Below are positions 60,686-64,000 of a DNA stretch of 64,000 nucleotides, piece by piece. Within the stretch, counting starts at the first letter, position 1. Every line of letters starts with the position of its first letter. The position numbers were made by a program, and so were the translations under genes. The notes beneath the pieces are model-generated. The model was not told the origin of the DNA. It searched no databases and worked only from the letters and a program-made list of their open reading frames with translations. Source of the DNA: Sedimentisphaerales bacterium (GTDB lineage Bacteria > Planctomycetota > Phycisphaerae > Sedimentisphaerales > SM23-30); assembly GCA_963662515.1 (NCBI GenBank), contig OY759675.1, positions 302,405 through 366,404 of the forward strand. Reading direction: 5' to 3'.

Positions 60686-61948
60686 TTGTTCAGGATAAGG
60701 AGGATTTTACAGTCAAAAGCAACGCAGGCCTGTTCTGTGATTTTTGATCAAGGCTTATGTAGTATTGCGAATTTCTATGTAGGAGTTATGGTTGCAAGAG
60801 CCTGTGATAAATCAGAATATGGTATATTTATACTTGGTCTGACAATCTTGCGGGTTATTACAGGAATTCAGAATAGTATTATATCAGTACCGTATGCAAT
60901 ATGCTATCCAAGATGTAAAGAGAGTGATTCTGGGGAGTATCTCGGCAGTACTTATGTTCACCAACTGGCAGCATGTTTGATAACTGGTGTTGGTTTTTGT
61001 TTTTTTGCAGGAGTAGTTTTCTGGCGTGGCGATAGTCAGAATATGGCATTTACTCTGCTTGTGTTGGCATTAGCTTCATCAGCATTTATGTTGCGGGAAT
61101 TTGTCCGTCATATAATGCTGGCAGAATTACGCTTCTGGCCCAATATGTCTATGAGTCTGGTTGCTAATACTGTTACAGTTGTGGTGATATATTATGCTTA
61201 CAAAGCAGAATATCTTGATACAACAAAAGCGTATTTAATCATTACGATGTGCTCTGGATTACCAGCATTAGTGATGACGATAATATATGGTAAAAAGATA
61301 TGTATTATTAAAAGTAAGGTAATACAGGACTTTAAAAATAACTTCCGATTGGGAAAATGGATTGTCGCCAGGAGTCTGGTGAATACAGGTGCGGTTTCAT
61401 TATACCCATTTTTACTGACATATTTTTTCGATACGGCTCAGGCTGGTGTATATGGGGTATGTATTCAGTTTTCCTCGTTGTTAAATCCCATATTTATGGG
61501 CTTAGGAAGTTATTTGCGGCCAGCGACTTCACATCTCGCTGCTTCCAGGCCTGATTTATTGCAAAGGTATATAATTAATGTCTTTCTATGGTTGATGCTG
61601 ATAGTTTTTATAATATATGTTGCCTGTATCTTCTATGGTTATGAATTGCTATTGTTGGTATATGGCCAACAGTACACTGATAGTAAGATTGTGCTGTTAG
61701 TGTGTTTGTTTGGCGTTTCAGTTTCAGTATTAACCAGTCCAATATTGAGATATCATGAGGCATTGGCAAGGACAGATATCCCGTTTAAAGCAGGTCTGGC
61801 TGGATTATTCATGACGGCGACATTGGGAGTTGTTTTGGTTGCAAAATATGGGATAATTGGTGCAGCGGTAGGTTTTAGCCTGGCACATATAACAGTTTTT
61901 GGTGTAAATGTTTTTATGATTAAAGGTCAATTGAGATGTAAGTTCTGA
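60686..61948 (+). CDS. Polysaccharide flippase (Wzx-like)
   Basis: DQGLCSIANF, EYGIF, multi-TM; position in the locus. Confidence 0.8.
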   Translation: MFRIRRILQSKATQACSVIFDQGLCSIANFYVGVMVARACDKSEYGIFILGLTILRVITGIQNSIISVPYAICYPRCKESDSGEYLGSTYVHQLAACLITGVGFCFFAGVVFWRGDSQNMAFTLLVLALASSAFMLREFVRHIMLAELRFWPNMSMSLVANTVTVVVIYYAYKAEYLDTTKAYLIITMCSGLPALVMTIIYGKKICIIKSKVIQDFKNNFRLGKWIVARSLVNTGAVSLYPFLLTYFFDTAQAGVYGVCIQFSSLLNPIFMGLGSYLRPATSHLAASRPDLLQRYIINVFLWLMLIVFIIYVACIFYGYELLLLVYGQQYTDSKIVLLVCLFGVSVSVLTSPILRYHEALARTDIPFKAGLAGLFMTATLGVVLVAKYGIIGAAVGFSLAHITVFGVNVFMIKGQLRCKF

Positions 61949-61986
61949 GCTAGTGTTGTCAGTTAATAATTATTAGAGAAATTGTA

Positions 61987-63222
61987 ATGGATTTGCTCAA
62001 AATAAATTCAAATAGATTCCAGTCCACAAATTGCACAATTCCTGTCAGAAATTGGTTAGATGGTTTGGTAACGGCGGGTGTTCCCGGTTTATTAATATAT
62101 ATGTGGGTACTCATTCCGCAGTTATTTACCAGCTACCGTTCCGGGGATGAGTATGCAAATATTGACAGAACGGCAATAATACAGTTGTCAGTAATTGCAA
62201 TTGGCACGGTGTATCTTGTTTTAACTTATGCTGCTTATCAACGAAAAATTAAGGAAATTATCTTACACGCTCCTATGGTATGGTTTTTTGCGTATTGCAT
62301 ATTGTCCATACTAAGTTCTGTATGGTCAGTTGATCCATTGTATTCTCTGGCAACAGCGCATACCGCTTTAGTTTTTTATTTGCTAAGTATCGTTCTTTGT
62401 ATCCGTTATGAAGGAAATATGTCTGGGCTGATTAACTGGGTTCTGTGGTGGGGGATTATAGCAGGTTGTTTGCCTGTTATTTTAAAAGCGGACAAACAAT
62501 GGAATACCCTGCAATCCTGGCATGGGTTTGCCATATTCTATATATCGCCAATAATGTTCCTGGCTTTGATCGATTATCATAAATTTAAGTGGCATTTTAT
62601 CTTTCTACTCATAATAGCAGTTGTTTCGACATCGGCGAAAGTGTATTTGGGTATTGTGATGGCTATAGTAGTGTATAGTGTATTTAGTAAGAAATGGTAT
62701 TTGCATTTGGCCGTTTTGCTGCTAATAAGTTTGCTGGTGATTTTTTGGGCTCTATACTCAAATTCAGGTGAAAGGTTGCTGGCAATTTTATTTTGGGGAA
62801 GAGACACCAGTGTGTTAGAGACGGCTAATGGGCGTACATCTATTTATCCTTTGTTTATAGAACTTGTTAGTGAATCACCTATACTAGGGTATGGTTTTGC
62901 AATGGGTGAAAAGGTAGCATACCAAAAAACCGGAATATATGTCTCAAGTACGCACAATGTATTTCTGACATCACTGCTTTACTCTGGGATTAGCGGGCTG
63001 GTCTTAATCGGTATGTTTTGGTTGAGTCTTTTCAGAAGTAGTTTACAATATATTAAAGATAATACGGCATTGATCTTTCTCATGTGTTACACTGTAAGTT
63101 TTGTATTTACTGTATTTGATCAGGGGCTGGGTAATAAGATTATGAGTAGTTGGATTTCACAGGCTATTTTGTGCGGTATTGGTTCACAGTGGTATCTGAG
63201 TAGAAAACCAGGGAAGAAATAA
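61987..63222 (+). CDS. O-antigen polymerase/ligase-like membrane protein (Wzy_C)
   Basis: Multi-TM; TANGR..IY, SPILGYG, STHNVFL..LLYSGISG. Confidence 0.8.
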   Translation: MDLLKINSNRFQSTNCTIPVRNWLDGLVTAGVPGLLIYMWVLIPQLFTSYRSGDEYANIDRTAIIQLSVIAIGTVYLVLTYAAYQRKIKEIILHAPMVWFFAYCILSILSSVWSVDPLYSLATAHTALVFYLLSIVLCIRYEGNMSGLINWVLWWGIIAGCLPVILKADKQWNTLQSWHGFAIFYISPIMFLALIDYHKFKWHFIFLLIIAVVSTSAKVYLGIVMAIVVYSVFSKKWYLHLAVLLLISLLVIFWALYSNSGERLLAILFWGRDTSVLETANGRTSIYPLFIELVSESPILGYGFAMGEKVAYQKTGIYVSSTHNVFLTSLLYSGISGLVLIGMFWLSLFRSSLQYIKDNTALIFLMCYTVSFVFTVFDQGLGNKIMSSWISQAILCGIGSQWYLSRKPGKK

Positions 63223-63317
63223 TGCGTTTGTATTACCTATCATATAACGACTGAGATGATTTAGTTGTTGAGTATTGCGTTTTTATGAGGATGGTTTCAA
63301 GGACGAGGAGTCTGTTA

Positions 63318-64000
63318 ATGTTTATATCAGTTTTCTGGACACATTGTTATGAGCTGGCATGCATATTGTTTCGACATATATTTAAATGGCACAGTAAAAG
63401 ACCCTGGATGAGAAAGAGGGAATTAGAAATTGTCACAGAAATATTGCGGAAGAAACAGCCTGAATATTGTCTGGAATGGGGGGCAGGGTACAGCACATTG
63501 CAATTTCCAGTGCTAAGCGATCAGGTTAAACAATGGATTTCAGTTGAACATGATGATGACTGGGCAGTTAAGATCAATTCAATGAATATGAACAATAAAG
63601 TTTCTGTGGTTTGTGTTAAGCCTAATAATGATGTCAGCCCTGGGGCAGAAAAATATAATGATTATAAAGATTATATAGAGTATCCTGATAGTTTGGGATT
63701 AAAATTTGATTACATTTTTATTGATGGACGGGCCAGGTCAGAGTGTCTGGCAAAGGCAAGAGCATTACTTAATACCCAAGGAATAGTTGTAGTTCATGAT
63801 GCTAATAGGAGCGATTATCATAAGGCGTTTACTCCGTATAAAGAACAGATATTATTCTCAGATATGAGATATGTAAAAGGGGGAGGTTGCTGGATAGGTA
63901 GTAACGATCTTGATTTGAAGGAAGTACTTGACATTGATAAGCATACTCGTGTCTGGAATTGCTATAATAAAATCTATAATGTCGTCAGATCGGTATTGGG
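63318..64000 (+). CDS. Class I SAM-dependent methyltransferase, truncated by the window end (not in the ORF track)
   Basis: Translated by hand: GAGGAG SD, ATG 63318 (in-frame ATG also at 63285); CLEWGAGYSTL, ISVEHD, FDYIFIDGRAR, VHDANR; no stop before 64000. Confidence 0.8.
   Translation, partial: MFISVFWTHCYELACILFRHIFKWHSKRPWMRKRELEIVTEILRKKQPEYCLEWGAGYSTLQFPVLSDQVKQWISVEHDDDWAVKINSMNMNNKVSVVCVKPNNDVSPGAEKYNDYKDYIEYPDSLGLKFDYIFIDGRARSECLAKARALLNTQGIVVVHDANRSDYHKAFTPYKEQILFSDMRYVKGGGCWIGSNDLDLKEVLDIDKHTRVWNCYNKIYNVVRSVL

Overview
A mostly housekeeping, gene-dense bacterial chromosomal window. The lineage is probably Planctomycetota (Phycisphaerae-like); this is inferred from a HYExAFE-family gene and overall gene content, not from a search. 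Core genes: purF, dnaA, lnt, rlmN, alaS, mnmA, murF, tmk, mutS, htpX. A dispersed motility/c-di-GMP set includes two PilZ proteins, an MCP, flagellin, and a YfiR-CHASE8 kinase followed by a REC-GGDEF-HD protein. Four of these genes share a sigma28-like promoter, TTAAW-N16-GTCGA. Also present: a higBA toxin-antitoxin pair, ahbC next to a TRAP transporter, and the start of a sigma54-preceded Wzy-type polysaccharide locus running off the right edge. I saw no tRNA, rRNA, CRISPR array or intact transposase/integrase. The main oddities are: (1) three covarying 27-bp in-frame palindromes inside a YhcG/DUF1016 nuclease gene; (2) a displaced duplicate of the 5' end of the HYExAFE gene; (3) a TonB-receptor-like N-terminal peptide lacking its barrel, heading the YfiR operon; (4) a tandem [DE]RR-motif protein beside a poly-Asp protein; (5) an EIIA-CBS fusion coupled to an ion transporter; (6) an unannotated 33-aa lipoprotein; and (7) paired operator-like palindromes before dnaA.
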